The notes below the pieces were generated by a model that did not search any database, was not told the origin of the DNA, and saw only the letters and a program-made list of their open reading frames with translations. Below are positions 1-11,461 of a stretch of DNA of 64,000 nt, piece after piece. Within the stretch, counting starts at the first letter, position 1, and each line of letters begins with the position of its first letter. The stretch is from Macrostomum hystrix. Lineage: Eukaryota > Animalia > Platyhelminthes. The DNA is taken from NCBI GenBank assembly GCA_950097015.1, contig CATNEN010000030.1:1550001-1614000 (forward strand), in the 5' to 3' direction. The position numbers were made by a program, and so were the translations under genes.

Positions 1-240
1 TTTACAGATGTGGAAAAAACAAATCTATAAAAGTTCAGAGAAGGAAATGGAAGGGGGCGAAATTGACGACAGGTGCTATGCAGGAAATGAATGATTGAAG
101 CAACATCAGGTAATTATAATTACGTCCTCGAGCTGCAGCGCTTAATTATACAGTTGACGCCAAGGACTAACATGTTAGCGGCACCTGGGCGCTAACAGGT
201 GCAAGCGTTCGAGAAGAGCTACAGAAACAATCGAACTCAC

Positions 241-1034
241 CTAGATGTGTCAGCCTCCTCGTCATCATCAACTTCTTCCTTCTTGTCCGATGGCTGCCTC
301 GGCTTCTGCTTTTGCTGTTGTTGCCGCTGCTGCAAGCCGTGCAGCTGTCGCAGAGCTCGAATCTGCTGCTTCTCCAAGCGGTACTGCTCAAACACCAGGC
401 GCTCGTTGGCCGCAATTTTTTCTTTAGGCCACACCTCGTGCTGCTCCATGGCAGCACCGCCGCCGTTCGCCAGGCTGCGCAAGAATATTAGCGACTTCTT
501 AGCGGTCTCCTTGGCGCTGCGCTGCCTCAGGGCCAGAAGCTTGGCCTGATAAGCACGACGGCCGGCCTCGTCCTGCTGGTACATCCGGGCAATGTCCTGG
601 GTTAGCCGCTCGTAGGAGGCGTCAGCCCGGATAATCGGAGCCAGGGCCGAAGCCGGCGTAGCGGCAGCCGCACCAGATTTGCGTTGCCGTTTAACAGTGC
701 GTCTGCGCTGACTCTCAGAAGGCAGCACTTCACGCAGCGACTTATCATCCTCAGCGTCAACATCGTCGTAATCTTCGTCGTAGACTTCTGTGACTTCTTC
801 TTCGACATCGGTGGCGTCAGCGGCCTGAAGCAGGCTCTGACTAGCCGTTGTTGTAGTCAGCAGCGTGGTGGAAGCCGACGAGATGTCGTGGACTGCGGCC
901 GCAGCCGCTGCCACTGCCGGCTCGACAGCATCGGCGCCGCTAGTGATTGTGAAATCCTCTTCGTCTATTGTGGATTCGACTGGTTGTTGGGGCTTTGAAG
1001 GCGGCGCAATGACAGTAGCTCCTACACCTGTCAC
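241..1034 (-). CDS. CEP350: CEP350-like coding exon 9
   Basis: Acceptor tttacag|, donor ag|gtgagt at 240-235; ORF 237-1034 with acidic tract, LPSESQRR motif and coiled coil. Confidence 0.88.
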
Positions 1035-4000
1035 CTGTAAATGTAAGCATCAGTTTACATTTACATTTATTTAATATTTTGAACTGGAAGTAGCTGATCC
1101 CTTTCAGTCCTACAGCTGATCCATCCCAGAACTACAGCTGGCTGTAGCTGATCCCTGCAGAACTACAGCTGATCCCTCCCAGTACTACAGCTGATCCCTC
1201 CCAGAACTACAGCTGATCCCTACCAGAACTACAGCTGATCCCTCCCAGAACTACAGCTGATCCCTACCAGTACTACAGCTGATCCCTACCAGTACTACAG
1301 CTGATCCCTACCAGTACTACAGCTGATCCCTACCAGAACTACAGCTGATCCCTCCCAGTACTACAGCTGATCCCTCCCAGTACTACAGCTGATCCCTCCC
1401 AGTACTACAGCTGATCCCTACCAGTACTACAGCTGATCCCTCCCAGTACTACAGCTGATCCCTCCCAGTACTACAGCTGATCCCTCCCAGAACTACAGCT
1501 TAGCCATCGTAGTTGCTTGCCTTCTCTTTTCGTTGTTGTTGCTGTGCAGATGGCGTCACAGTAGCAGGCGCCGCTGGAACGGCCGCAGCTGCAGAGCGCC
1601 TGGGCTTCGGTGTTGACGTGGCAGTCTGGGTGGCATCCTGCAAAGTATTTTAAACAGCAATCGGAGGGTGAACAACCTATAATTATTTTTCGATAAAAAT
1701 GAACAATTATTAATAATCAAGCCAGTTTAGGTTAGTTACTATGACAAGCTGTAAATAGGCAAGTTATTAAACCATTACCTCGCGCAGTACAATAGCCGGC
1801 TTAGCTTGGAACTGGGCCAGAATGGCGTTCAATCGCAGATTTTCGTCTCGAATCTGAAGGCACACATTGTTAGAAGCAATTTCATTGTTTATTGTGTTAG
1901 TGCGCCATGCGGTAGCAATAATTAAATAGATAACTTTGATCATCAAGTTTGTTAGAACATGACTGAAAGGTCAGGGGTTTGATTCCCGACTCCACTGGAA
2001 CCATTTGTATCCTTTAGCAAGACACTTAACTTTTTGTTGCGTCAGTTCACCCAGCTGTTAAATGGGTACCAGTATTAGCTGGGGTAATTGAGGGTGGATG
2101 TGGGGTCCCCCCAGTCCATGGACTGAACTGCCGTACGCAATAGCTGCGGCTGTGCTGACGGGTGCACATCTGGCTCAATGGGGCAGGTTCAATCAATTGT
2201 TATTATTAATGCCGTTAGAACAGAAAAATTTCATTATCGAGCCGGCTCACGATGTTACTTAAAAACGCAGCTAGTCCAAAATAAAAAACTACACACACTA
2301 ATAACAGTAGCAAAGTTAGCGAAAATTAAAAATTAAAATTGAAAATTAAAATAAAAAAATTTAATTGAGAGTTGACCATTGCCATAGACATTCAGCATAA
2401 CACCTAGCCTCACCTTGGCCAACCGACTCGTGGTCTCCTCTTCTAGTCGGGTGTTCTTAGCCTTCGCCTCGGCAACTAACGCTTTGGCCTCCTGGACATC
2501 TTTATCCTGAGCTGTCCGAGCCGCTGCCGCTTCCTGCGCCTGGCCAAACCGGTTGGCCTTCAGCACCTGAGCCAGCGCCACCGTCTCCTGATTGGACAAT
2601 GCCACTTGTCTGTGTCTATCCAATTCTGTCAGCTGGCGATGCGACTCCTCTAATGAATCGTAGAATTGTAGTTCAACTTGGAACATGCGCTCCAGACTGG
2701 CTGGCGACAGGCGACCGTCGTGCGGGCGCGACTGCGTTCGGACAAGAAATAGGAATATTTATTAAATCAGCCCAATTCACTAGTTATAAAGGCTAATCCT
2801 CTACCCTCTCCTACCCGTTCTGTGGAGGTCACTGGAGACGAAACTTGGGTATCGTACTTCGACCTTTGAATCTAGGATATGTACAAGGTGTAGTTGAACG
2901 ATCAGACTCGACAAAACTAGTGACTACCTGGAGTCTAACGCTAAATCGATTCTCTGAAGAAGTTAAAGAAGTAAATACCGAACAAGCGGAGAACTCCAGT
3001 GAAGCCAATGCTCCTCAATCATCTGCTTCACCTGACTGACCTGGCACCAGCTGACTTTGTCATCTTACCGAATCTCAAGTTTCTGATTCATTAGAAGCAT
3101 GACACTAACGACATGCCTACCCGGCTGATCAAAGAAATACATTCATCTGCTTGCAATAATTAAACTAACCTGACTATGAAAGCGACGGCTGGCCACAGCT
3201 GGCGGCGGCGAAACCCGCCTTCGTCTTCGAGCGTCGTCCAGCTCCTCGTCCTTAGCCTCCTCTCCGCTCTCGCTGACACTGCGACTCCGACTGCGGCTTC
3301 GACTGGCCGCTGGCTGCCGCTGCTGACGACTCCGTCTAACATTCCGATCGACGTCGGCGATGTCGGTGGAGGATGCGGCCACAACCGTAGGAATTGGCAT
3401 CGTAGACGTCAACGGCGCTGTTTGAACGTCGCGATCTCGAACGTCTCGAACTGGGATCGGTCTGGTGGCTGCGGCTGATGGCGACGTTTTCAAATCCTCT
3501 GGCCGCATAGAGCCGTCCATCATGCCGTCCCCGCCGACTCTAGCACTGGCGCTATCGCGAGGGTCACTTCGGCGATGTCTTGTTGACACAGCCGCTGGTG
3601 TCGGGCTGCCTTGGCCTCCGCTTTGTCGTCTAGCGAAAGCCTCACGTTGACGATTGTAGACGGCGCGAAATGCGAAAGGATCCGCTGATTCGTGCTCCAG
3701 TGTGTGCAGCAGGTTGCAGCTGGGCGGTTAGATTGCGGGGGAGGGCGGAAATGGATAGGTCTCTCGTGATGAGAAGCTTAAAAATGAATAAAATGGAGAC
3801 AGACCTTTTAGGTTGAGTAGTCCCTTCAGATCGTCGCGACCTGCGACCAATCTGCGATGATCGCTGGCGCGGTGGCGGCTGCTGCTGCTGTGGCTGACTA
3901 ACGCAATAATTCTGCAGCAACAGAGCCCGCCCGATACGGTCCAGGCCCTGTGGCATCCTGTCGGCTAGCCGCTGCGCCGCCGCATACTCGTAGTCGTTGT

Positions 4001-7000
4001 CGCCGCCTAGCCGGATGCCTGCATCCGCATCCGTGTCAGCTTCGGCCGGCGTGACTGCCCGACCAACTGGCGCAGGCGGCGACTCTCTATAGCCTGGCAG
4101 AGGCAGCTGAGGTGGAATCAACGCGGCGGAGGCGGAAGCAGCAAACAGATGAGGTGGATGCATTGTGGCCCAGAATTCTCCACCAGGCCTGGCCATGCGG
4201 CTGACCCGGTGCTCCAGGGACGAGGCGGCATCGCGAACTGCGCACCATCTGTTGTGCACGATATTATATATTATCAAGCTCATCTCAAAAATTGTAATAA
4301 AAAGTTGCAAGCATCCTATTGGCCTTATATTTACCTGTATAATGTGTCAGCGGAGGGCTGCTGCTGCTGCGGTTGGTAATGTACCGACTGCGGCGAGGGC
4401 GAACGATGCTCGTCCGAATAGTCGTTTTCGTCGACATTGTCATCTGTTTCAACCCGAGGACTGGCGCTGCCCCCGCTGCTGTGCTTGGCAAACGCTGCTG
4501 CTGGCGGCGGCTGTCGCTTCTCCTGGCGCTTCTGCGCGCGCGAATTTCGCTTCTTTCGCGCCTGAGGCATATGCTTCTGTGGCTCAGCAGCGGCTAATGG
4601 CGATGTGGCCGCCGCCTCGTCGGCGTCGTGTTCCACCATCACCGCTCTTAGCGGGGTCGGAGCAGATCGGCGACCACCGCTGGATGTCGTCGGCTTTCCG
4701 CCGCTGGCCACCGCTTCAAGCTGACGCTGTCGAAGATCCTGCAATTTCTGACGTAGCGCTGCGGCGTTAGCTGCCCGCTGACGCTCTGCTTCAAGTTTGG
4801 CCTGCCTTCGGCGCTCCTTCTGCTGCTGCAAGTACTCTTTGATCTCCTCCTGGTCGTAGTGCCTGTTGCGCTGCTGCTGCTGCTCCTGATCCGATGTGGG
4901 AGGAGGCGGCTGCGAGGGCGCAGGCCGTGGATGAGGACGCACAGTTGCCGTTTCTGCGGGAGGAGATACAATTGATGAAAAAGGTACTGCAGATATTGAT
5001 ACTAAAATTCCGCTAATCCCAGAGGTGAGACATAAAACTCACATACATGCGCATATGTCTTCAATAAATCTCACGTTACCAGGCAGCGTATCAATTCGCT
5101 GTGCCATATTAGCACAAAAATTCTGGCATGGCAACTTCCTGAGCGCCTCTTAAACAAAAAATATATTTTATCTGATGGCTGATGATGAAAGAAAATCATA
5201 TTATACTATTACATATGCGAGTGATTTCGTATAATTTTACCATTAGGCTACATAGTATGCTGGCTGAGCTGTCTTTGTGGCAGAGCCGTCAACGCTTTTG
5301 CCTGTCTCACCAAGGTCCCTGATCTCGATTCTGCCGCGAGGCAACATTTATTTAAGCCGCTGTCGCGGAGTGAAGGCTTTGGAGGCTTGTCGTGCAATTC
5401 GCACCCATGAGTCCCAACCTCCACCCATGAGGCACAGTGAGAGTGTACACTGCCTGACGATGAGAAAGTCAGGCCAGATGTACACATCTGTGAGTGTGGG
5501 CCTCACATCTGACAGTATGAGCGCATGTGCTCAGGAGTCAGCAAAATGGCCAGAATAGCCTCTTCGCTGGCTGCGGGTCTAGTGTCACCAAATGATTTCT
5601 TATTGCCAGCAGCCCTGCTGCAATTATAATTATTATAATAGTACTTCTGAAACAGGGAACTAGCACTGCTGAAACAGGGAACTAGCACTGCTGAAACAGG
5701 GAACTAGCACTGCTGAAACAGGGAACTAGCACTGCTGAAACAGGGAACTAGCACTGCTGAAACAGGGAACTAGCACTGCTGAAACAGGGAACTAGCACTG
5801 CTGAAACAGGGAACTAGCACTGCTGAAACAGGGAACTAGCACTGCTGAAACAGGGAACTAGCACTGCTGAAACAGGGAACTAGCACTGCTGAAACAGGGA
5901 ACTAGCACTGCTGAAACAGGAAACTAGCCCTGCTGAAACAGGAAACTAGCAGTGCTGAAACAGGAAACTAGCCCTGCTGAAACAGGAAACTAGCCCTGCT
6001 GAAACAGGAAACTAGCACTGCTGAAACAGGGAACTAGCACTGCTGAAACAGGAAACTAGCACTGCTGAAACAGGGAACTAGCACTGCTGAAACAGGAAAC
6101 TAGCACTGCTGAAACAGGAAACTATCAATTTTACGTCAGGGTTACAGTCTCGTTTAGACTATTGAAATTTAGGAGCAGAAGTGCAAGGCTTGAAAATCGA
6201 GAAGAACCTTTCGAAAATCCTTTAGCGCAGTAGATTATTTAAAGACCAGCTTTAGTCTTAATCAGTCAAAATAATTCTTTTTTTAAATATTAATTAGCTA
6301 ATAGTACAGTACACACTGGCGCTACAGTTAGATATAAAAGATAAAATTTAAATTTAAATGCCTTTTAAAGACTATCAGCTAAGCAAAGCACCAACCTGCT
6401 TTCAGAGTTGCTTCAGAATAATCTAGAAAAAAATTGTGGGACTTTACGACCGCTTAACCATAAATATGAATAAAAATAATCGAGTCGAATGTTCACAAAT
6501 CAATAAAAACACGTCATCATCTGCACAGTCATTTACTTACTCTTTCCTGAAGATTCGGTCTGCTGCTGCTGTTGCTGCTGCTGCGACGCAGGCGGCTTAG
6601 GGAGAGGCGGCGCGGGGCCCAGCTCTCTCTGACTGAGTTCAAGGCCGCGACGCCAATCGCTGGGTGTCACCGCCCGGGCGCGTCGGTTTACCAAATTTGC
6701 CGCATCTTCAAGAGCAGCTGCTGGCGGAGCCGCTGAGGGCGACTGCTGCTGTTGCTGATGCTGACCGGGAGTGGAGAAACCCGGATAGGATTTCGGAGCC
6801 GGAGCGCTTGCAACTTTGCGCGTCTTAACCGGCGGCGCTGGCGATAATCTCAGTTCGACGTCGCGCACCTGCTGCTTACGCACGCGCTCGCGCAGATGTT
6901 CCAGCTCGTCCTCGAACTGGACAGCTCTCTGGCGGTCCCCTGTAGGCGACAGGATGGCAGTGTTATGCACAGGACAGGATGGTATGTTTTATATGGATTG

Positions 7001-7117
7001 AGGGCGCAAACAATCATATCTGATGGGTGAAGACATTAAACAAATTTAACTAATCACAAATTTACCTGTTCTGCTGATATTCTCATCATTGGCACTGTGA
7101 TAGAGGACCCTGGACAT
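241..7117 (-). CDS. CEP350: CEP350-like centrosomal coiled-coil protein, multi-exon gene model (5' part; 3' end lies left of the window)
   Basis: Hand-spliced exons 7117-7066, 6939-6541, 4953-4335, 4248-3805, 3719-3170, 2731-2414, 1853-1779, 1637-1521, 1034-241. All junction phases are compatible (1,1,2,2,0,0,0,0,2), giving 3368 nt with no internal stop seen. Four ordered blocks match vertebrate CEP350 segments as I recall them: EHLRERVRKQ; HYDQEEIKEYLQQQKERRR; ELQFYDSLEESHRQLTELDRHRQVALSNQETVALAQVLK; KSLREVLPSESQRR...SYERLTQDIARMYQQDEAGRRAYQAKLLALRQRSAKE. The homology is from memory and needs BLAST/HMM confirmation; a CCDC187-like paralogue is the alternative. Confidence 0.8.
1092..1500. repeat. 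22-bp minisatellite agctgatccct(c/a)ccag(a/t)actac, ~18 copies, intronic
   Basis: Period read directly; fills about 84% of the 486-nt intron 1035-1520. Confidence 0.97.
1521..1637 (-). CDS. CEP350: CEP350-like coding exon 8 (ends at a probable GC donor)
   Basis: Acceptor tttgcag|; DATQTATSTPKPRRSAAAAVPAAPATVTPSAQQQQRKEK; donor aag|gcaagc; an in-frame TAA follows 6 codons later. Confidence 0.7.
1779..1853 (-). CDS. CEP350: CEP350-like coding exon 7
   Basis: Acceptor ccttcag|, donor gag|gtaatg; 25 codons IRDENLRLNAILAQFQAKPAIVLRE, phase 0/0. Confidence 0.8.
1951..2210 (+). mobile_element. tRNA-derived CORE-like SINE, family 1, copy a
   Basis: B-box-like ggtcaggggtttgattccc; CORE-like cctttagcaagacacttaac...cccagctgttaaatgggtacc; tta-rich tail; homologous to 58633-58800. 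Confidence 0.65.
2414..2731 (-). CDS. CEP350: CEP350-like coding exon 6
   Basis: Acceptor gaacgcag|, donor aag|gtgagg; 106 codons SRPHDGRLSPASLERMFQVELQFYDSLEESHRQLTELDRHRQVALSNQETVALAQVLK...RLAK; the best CEP350-like block. Confidence 0.88.
2820..3095 (+). mobile_element. Degenerate, internally deleted mariner (Tc1/mariner) transposase relic in an intron
   Basis: VTGDETWVSYFD at 2828-2863 and SPD/LAPADFVILPNLK at 3028-3079 (split by a tgac duplication) match the mariner signatures VTGDETW and YSPDLAPSDF; stops and frameshifts lie between them. Confidence 0.72.
3170..3719 (-). CDS. CEP350: CEP350-like coding exon 5
   Basis: Branch-like ctaac plus cgcccag| acceptor, donor cag|gttagt; CNLLHTLEHESADPFAFRAVYNRQRE...RRFHSQ is open throughout. 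Confidence 0.75.
3805..4248 (-). CDS. CEP350: CEP350-like coding exon 4
   Basis: Acceptor cacaacag|, donor aag|gtctgt; WCAVRDAASSLEHRVSRM...; flanked by 86- and 85-nt introns, phase 2/2. Confidence 0.75.
4335..4953 (-). CDS. CEP350: CEP350-like coding exon 3
   Basis: Acceptor ctcccgcag|, donor cag|gtaaat; contains RHYDQEEIKEYLQQQKERRRQAKLEAERQR coiled coil (ORF 4331-4942). Confidence 0.85.
5270..5640 (+). mobile_element. SINE-like element, family 2, copy a
   Basis: A-box-like tggcagagccg and degenerate B box gatctcgattct; body shared with 11462-11725 (gaaggcttt, gtgcaatt.gcaccc, tgctcaggagtcag.aaaatgg.cagaat, ggtctagtgtcaccaaatgat, gcagccct.ctgcaatta); AT-rich tail. Confidence 0.6.
5647..6122. 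repeat. 22-bp minisatellite ctgaaacagg(g/a)aactagcactg, ~21 copies, intronic
   Basis: Unit starts at 5647, 5669, 5691...; the first half is invariant and variants accumulate to the right. Confidence 0.97.
6541..6939 (-). CDS. CEP350: CEP350-like coding exon 2
   Basis: Acceptor cctacag|, donor aga|gtaagt; encodes DRQRAVQFEDELEHLRERVRKQQ...TESSGK (within ORF 6533-6970). Confidence 0.85.
7066..7117 (-). CDS. CEP350: CEP350-like coding exon 1 (probable start ATG at 7117)
   Basis: Acceptor ttttttcag at 7128-7129; frame FDQ-MSRVLYHSANDENISRT-G; donor cag|gtaaat at 7065-7064; phase 1 matches the next exon. Confidence 0.65.
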
Positions 7118-9651
7118 TTGATCAAAGCTGAAAAAATCATTAAAGACAAAAAAATAATTTTGTATATGTACAATTAAGTAGAATATATTACCTTTTCATG
7201 CCTTAAACTAAATATAAGACAATATTTTTTTCAATATACTATTTTCAAGAAAAGTAACTCTTTATTAAAAGAACCATAAAAAGACATTGATAATGAATCA
7301 AAAAACGAAAACAACTAAGACTGTAGCTGGTAAAGTAATAACATAGAGAGTGTATTAAACAGGTGAATATTAATGGCACAATGCCAAAGTGATATTATTA
7401 ATTATTGTATAGAATACACAACAAATAACTGACTGCAATTACTATCTAATTCTAACCCTAAAAAATTGATCCAGTATAATGTTGTCCAATATTCATAATC
7501 ATTTCTAAGATGAGTTTTCATATCAAATCTTGAAATCTTAGGATTCTATCAATAATATTTCATATAATCACATAAAATCCAAACATTTATCCCATCTGAC
7601 CCCTAGCTTTTATACTTAAAAAGTTATACTAAAAGTATGGTTCCTAATATTAATAATAATGAGGTTCTAAAATTTAGATCTTGATTTAATTTTTCAAATT
7701 TAGGAAGTTTAGAATATGTTGATTTTGCACTAAGTTTGAAAGTATGAATTTTCAATCTGTTAGTTAACAAATTTCTTCTTAATTGTGTCTGCATTAATTA
7801 ACAGAAATTTGCTTTCACAATTAAGTTTTGAAAGTGTGAATATTCTAGTTCATAATAAATTCATTATTAATTGGTATTCAATGAATTGTATAAGGTGTGG
7901 CTTGAAAACAATTAGTTACTGTAGACTTTCATTTGTGAAGTAGACTTTTATTAGCATTGTTAAAATAAGAATGTTAAAACTTAAAATTTTACTTTAATTC
8001 AAAATCTAAGGCAGGTTAAATTATTCATATTTTTCTGCAATAACTTATTTGCTTTTACTTGATTTAGCTAGACCTAATACAAGGACAAGTAGAACTCAGA
8101 GAAAAGAAGAGAATAATTGTATTGCTGGATCAAGTACATATTTTAGCCATTCCAAACTGTGCATGTACATTATTAGACATTGCAAAGCAGACCATAGGTT
8201 GTGAATGATCCATTTGATTCCTATTCCTGCCTTATGTCACAAATAATGTCTAGGCCCACTTGACTTGCCATGGTTGACACTGAGGTCACACAGCTCTTTG
8301 ATAAGACTCATTAGAAATGGAACAACAATAATTAGGCCCTATGAAATGGGATGCCTACATTTGGTTAGCAATTGTTAGGCATAGCCAAAAAAAGTCAGGA
8401 TAAGGCTAAATGGTCCATGGATAATTTAAAGCAGATGGTAGACACAGGAAAGAAAAAGGAAAACAATTTCAGCCCTTTTCAAGAGTTTGCCTAGGCCTAT
8501 AGATTTATAGATTTATAGATAGATTTGAGATATCTTTGCATAACTGGATACAATATGCATTTCAAATTCGGTAGCTTAGCTAAGAAACATGAAAAGCCTG
8601 AGAGTGTAATCCACGAGCAGCAAAATGGTTGACAAGACAACCACAATAATCGACCCAAGGGATAAGCCTGGCAGTTGGTGGCTGTACATCAAGATTATGA
8701 TTACCGTGCACTCACTCACTCGAGAGAAATGTATATATTATATCCAAAATGCGATGATTTAAAAAATGATTAGACAGAAGAAACATAAGACAACAATGCC
8801 ATAAAAAGACAGTCATAAGCAGAGAACTTATCTAATCTCCATTAACATGCAGCAATAGATATATTTTTTATCTCTTGTCTACGACTTGTTTTACAACACT
8901 TTTCCACGAATATGATCATTTTAAATAATTTTAAAATCTGGATCGATCACATTTTATTAATCCACCACCAGGAGGACCTCCTTTATTTTCTTTTAATTAA
9001 TTACATTTTTTTGTGCTTTTCAGATATATGTGCGTAAGTAGTAATATTATTTTAACAAGCTATAGTCAATCAAAAAGCAGCATGATTTCAATGATACTTG
9101 GAAAATAAACATTGCTCAGCTGATTGACAGTGGGTTTTCTCTTTTTTGACCCCACATACTGGCAGTATTAATATATGGCAGGTTGTGTCTAGAAAAGTGA
9201 TAAGGAATCCTTCTCTTGGTAATATGGATAGGTATAAATTTTATATAAGCAAATTTTGGTAAGCAGCAAAAACTATCAGATCCTCATTTTTTTCTCATTT
9301 AATAACTGTATCTAAGTGTTGTTTTTTATTACCATTGTCATTAATAACATTTAGTTAATAGTTATTAAGGTGAATGCAACTTATTACCTTCTAGTTAACA
9401 TAAAAAACGAAATGAACATTTTTGTTTAGTGAATCTTGATTTATGTAGGCTATTTTATTGGCCAACTTTGTTTTAAAATGAAAGATTTATTAATTGATTA
9501 ATCTATATATTTAAGTAACCATATAGTGGAAAATATAAAGAAATTGTGTTTACTTATGATCCACAGAAAAATAGTTGTAGATTAGGCTCAATGAATTGTG
9601 GACTGGGGTGTGTTGAGCTTATTTGCTATCTCAGGAATCAATAGTGACATA

Positions 9652-9958
9652 GCCGGCAGTATACATGCGCAACACCTGGCCAACCCGGCCAAACCGGCCG
9701 GGTGAAACAAGGGCCAAGCAAGGTAAGTCGCAAAAACCAATTAACCAAGCGCAAAAAAATAAAAAGGGGGACCAAGGGACAAAAAAAGAAGGCATAAAGA
9801 AAAGGAAAAAAGGGAGAGAAAAAGAGAGCAAACTAAGTTGTAAATAGAGCAATGAAACGAACCAAGTCGCAAATGAGAGCAAACTAAGTTCGTAAATAGA
9901 GCAAAAACTAAGTCGCACAGCCGGCTAAGATTTGGGAGGTTGCGTATGTATGGCCGGC
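9652..9958. mobile_element. Possible MITE / non-autonomous DNA transposon
   Basis: Imperfect terminal inverted repeats (gccggcagtatacatgcgcaa vs rc gccggccatacatacgcaa); internal direct repeats gagagcaaactaagtt(c)gtaaatagagcaa; no ORF; target-site duplication not clear. Confidence 0.35.
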
Positions 9959-11461
9959 AGTCTTTTTGAATTGTTTGTTAAACAGTTTTTCTAAAAAGTT
10001 TCAATTCAAATCAATGCAACAACTTGTAATTTCAATTGCTAAGGTTTCCTTTTTGCACTAACCAAACTGGTGCTTCTTCTGGGATTCTGGGGAACTTGTC
10101 TCTAGCAAATTTTCAGTGAAAAAAGCAAAGCAAATTAAAGCATAATGGTTGATGTGCTTGGGCGTGTCTATGGCCAAAAGGGATGAGCTGGTTAGTGGGA
10201 GGGGAAGTATTAGCCCATCTTCTGCATTCTGTTAACACATTAGACTACTAATTTTCTACTGTTAACTAACACACTTGAAAGTATATTACCACCAAGCTAG
10301 AAGGCCACCTAGCAACACCATCATTTATTGTGGATCCAACATGAGTCATTACCAATAGTGTGCATTTCCCATTACCATTACCTGTTTTGTTACAAGTTTC
10401 CAGAAAATTAATTTAAGTAATTAGCAGCACTGTATATTCCTTCTTTTCCTTCATTAAAAAACTTTTGAATTGTATTTTTTCCAAATTACTAGTATAAAAA
10501 CAGTCATATTTATATAATAAGTAGCAGCTATATCTTTCAATTACTTTGTTTTATATTGATATATTGTGTATTCACTCTGATTATATGTTTTTTGTTTTTG
10601 TTGCAAACACAAAATTTCCTAAAATATTTATTGCTCAATCTATAGACTACTATAGTATGTTAATTTACTCTGGCAACAATTCTATATTGTCATCAATCAT
10701 AAAAATTATCAATCTAATCTACTTTTTATGTGATCTCATGACTACTAAACTCAAGCCTAAAATTGTCAAGATCAGGGAGAGTGAAAATGATATCAGAATC
10801 TAAAAAAGTGGACTATGTTGGAGATTACAACATATGATATGAGTAATGAACTGTAAACAAAACTACACATTTTAAACATGTTTGCATAAAAAAGAGCAGA
10901 TTTCTGGTAAAAGGGAAAAAACTAAGTAACAACCTTGAGTATTTTTGCTATTTTTTCTTTACCTATTTTTCTGTTACCAAATGGTCAGTTACAATTGTTA
11001 CCACTGTTGTGATTACTTTTTTGGTAATGCACCTAACTAGTCTGCAGTCTTTGTCTAGGAGGTCCAGAATCTGGTCATTCAATGCTTCTGAACAAGTGGG
11101 CTGTTGGTCACCCTGATCTGGGCAGATTGGCCATATCTGATCATCCTCACTTGAACTGCTTAATCTATCAGTACTCTGTTCTATGACTAATATGACTTAT
11201 CACTTTTGTTCGATGGACGCCATAGCTGCAGGAGAGGCATAGATAGTTGTTTAGGCCAAACTGATTTAAAGCAAAGGTTTGCTGAGGTGAGATTTCGCTT
11301 GAGAAGCACTTTGAGAAGTTGCTCTTTCTTTTCCTAAACACTGAACATAGTACTTTTTCTGTACTTGATCTATATGTAATAAATAGGCATGTCTTTCTAT
11401 TCTTAACTAGACATATAATACTATTATTATTTATATATAAATATAATAAGTCAGATGGAAT

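Noticed and set aside
8-109. Plus-strand segment bounded by tttacag and gtaatt as an exon of a nested gene
   Set aside because: Stops in the frames examined and no partner exons; the minus strand reads as the pyrimidine-rich end of the CEP350-like intron.
174-202. Two interleaved 7-bp stems (gttagcg/cgctaac and gcacctg/caggtgc) resembling a pseudoknot or ribozyme
   Set aside because: The connecting loops are zero-length, so both stems cannot form together, and no HDV, twister or hammerhead core residues are recognisable.
167-4971. Many antisense and alternate-frame ORFs over the CEP350-like exons
   Set aside because: Shadows of GC-rich, low-complexity coding sequence.
5454-5475. ctgacga...gaaa as a hammerhead ribozyme core
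   Set aside because: Only 3 nt separate the two motifs (no stem II), and the flanks pair with each other as a simple hairpin.
5647-6122. Short regular repeats as possible CRISPR arrays (applies to all arrays)
   Set aside because: Units are head-to-tail with no unique spacers, the context is eukaryotic, and there are no cas genes.
8400-8470. KAKWSMDNLKQMVD as a pogo-type HTH start
   Set aside because: Too short, with no downstream transposase motifs.
11040-11175. Stop-free minus-strand stretch (STDRLSSSSEDDQIWPICPD...) as an extra upstream exon
   Set aside because: No start codon, no convincing donor and no recognisable homology.
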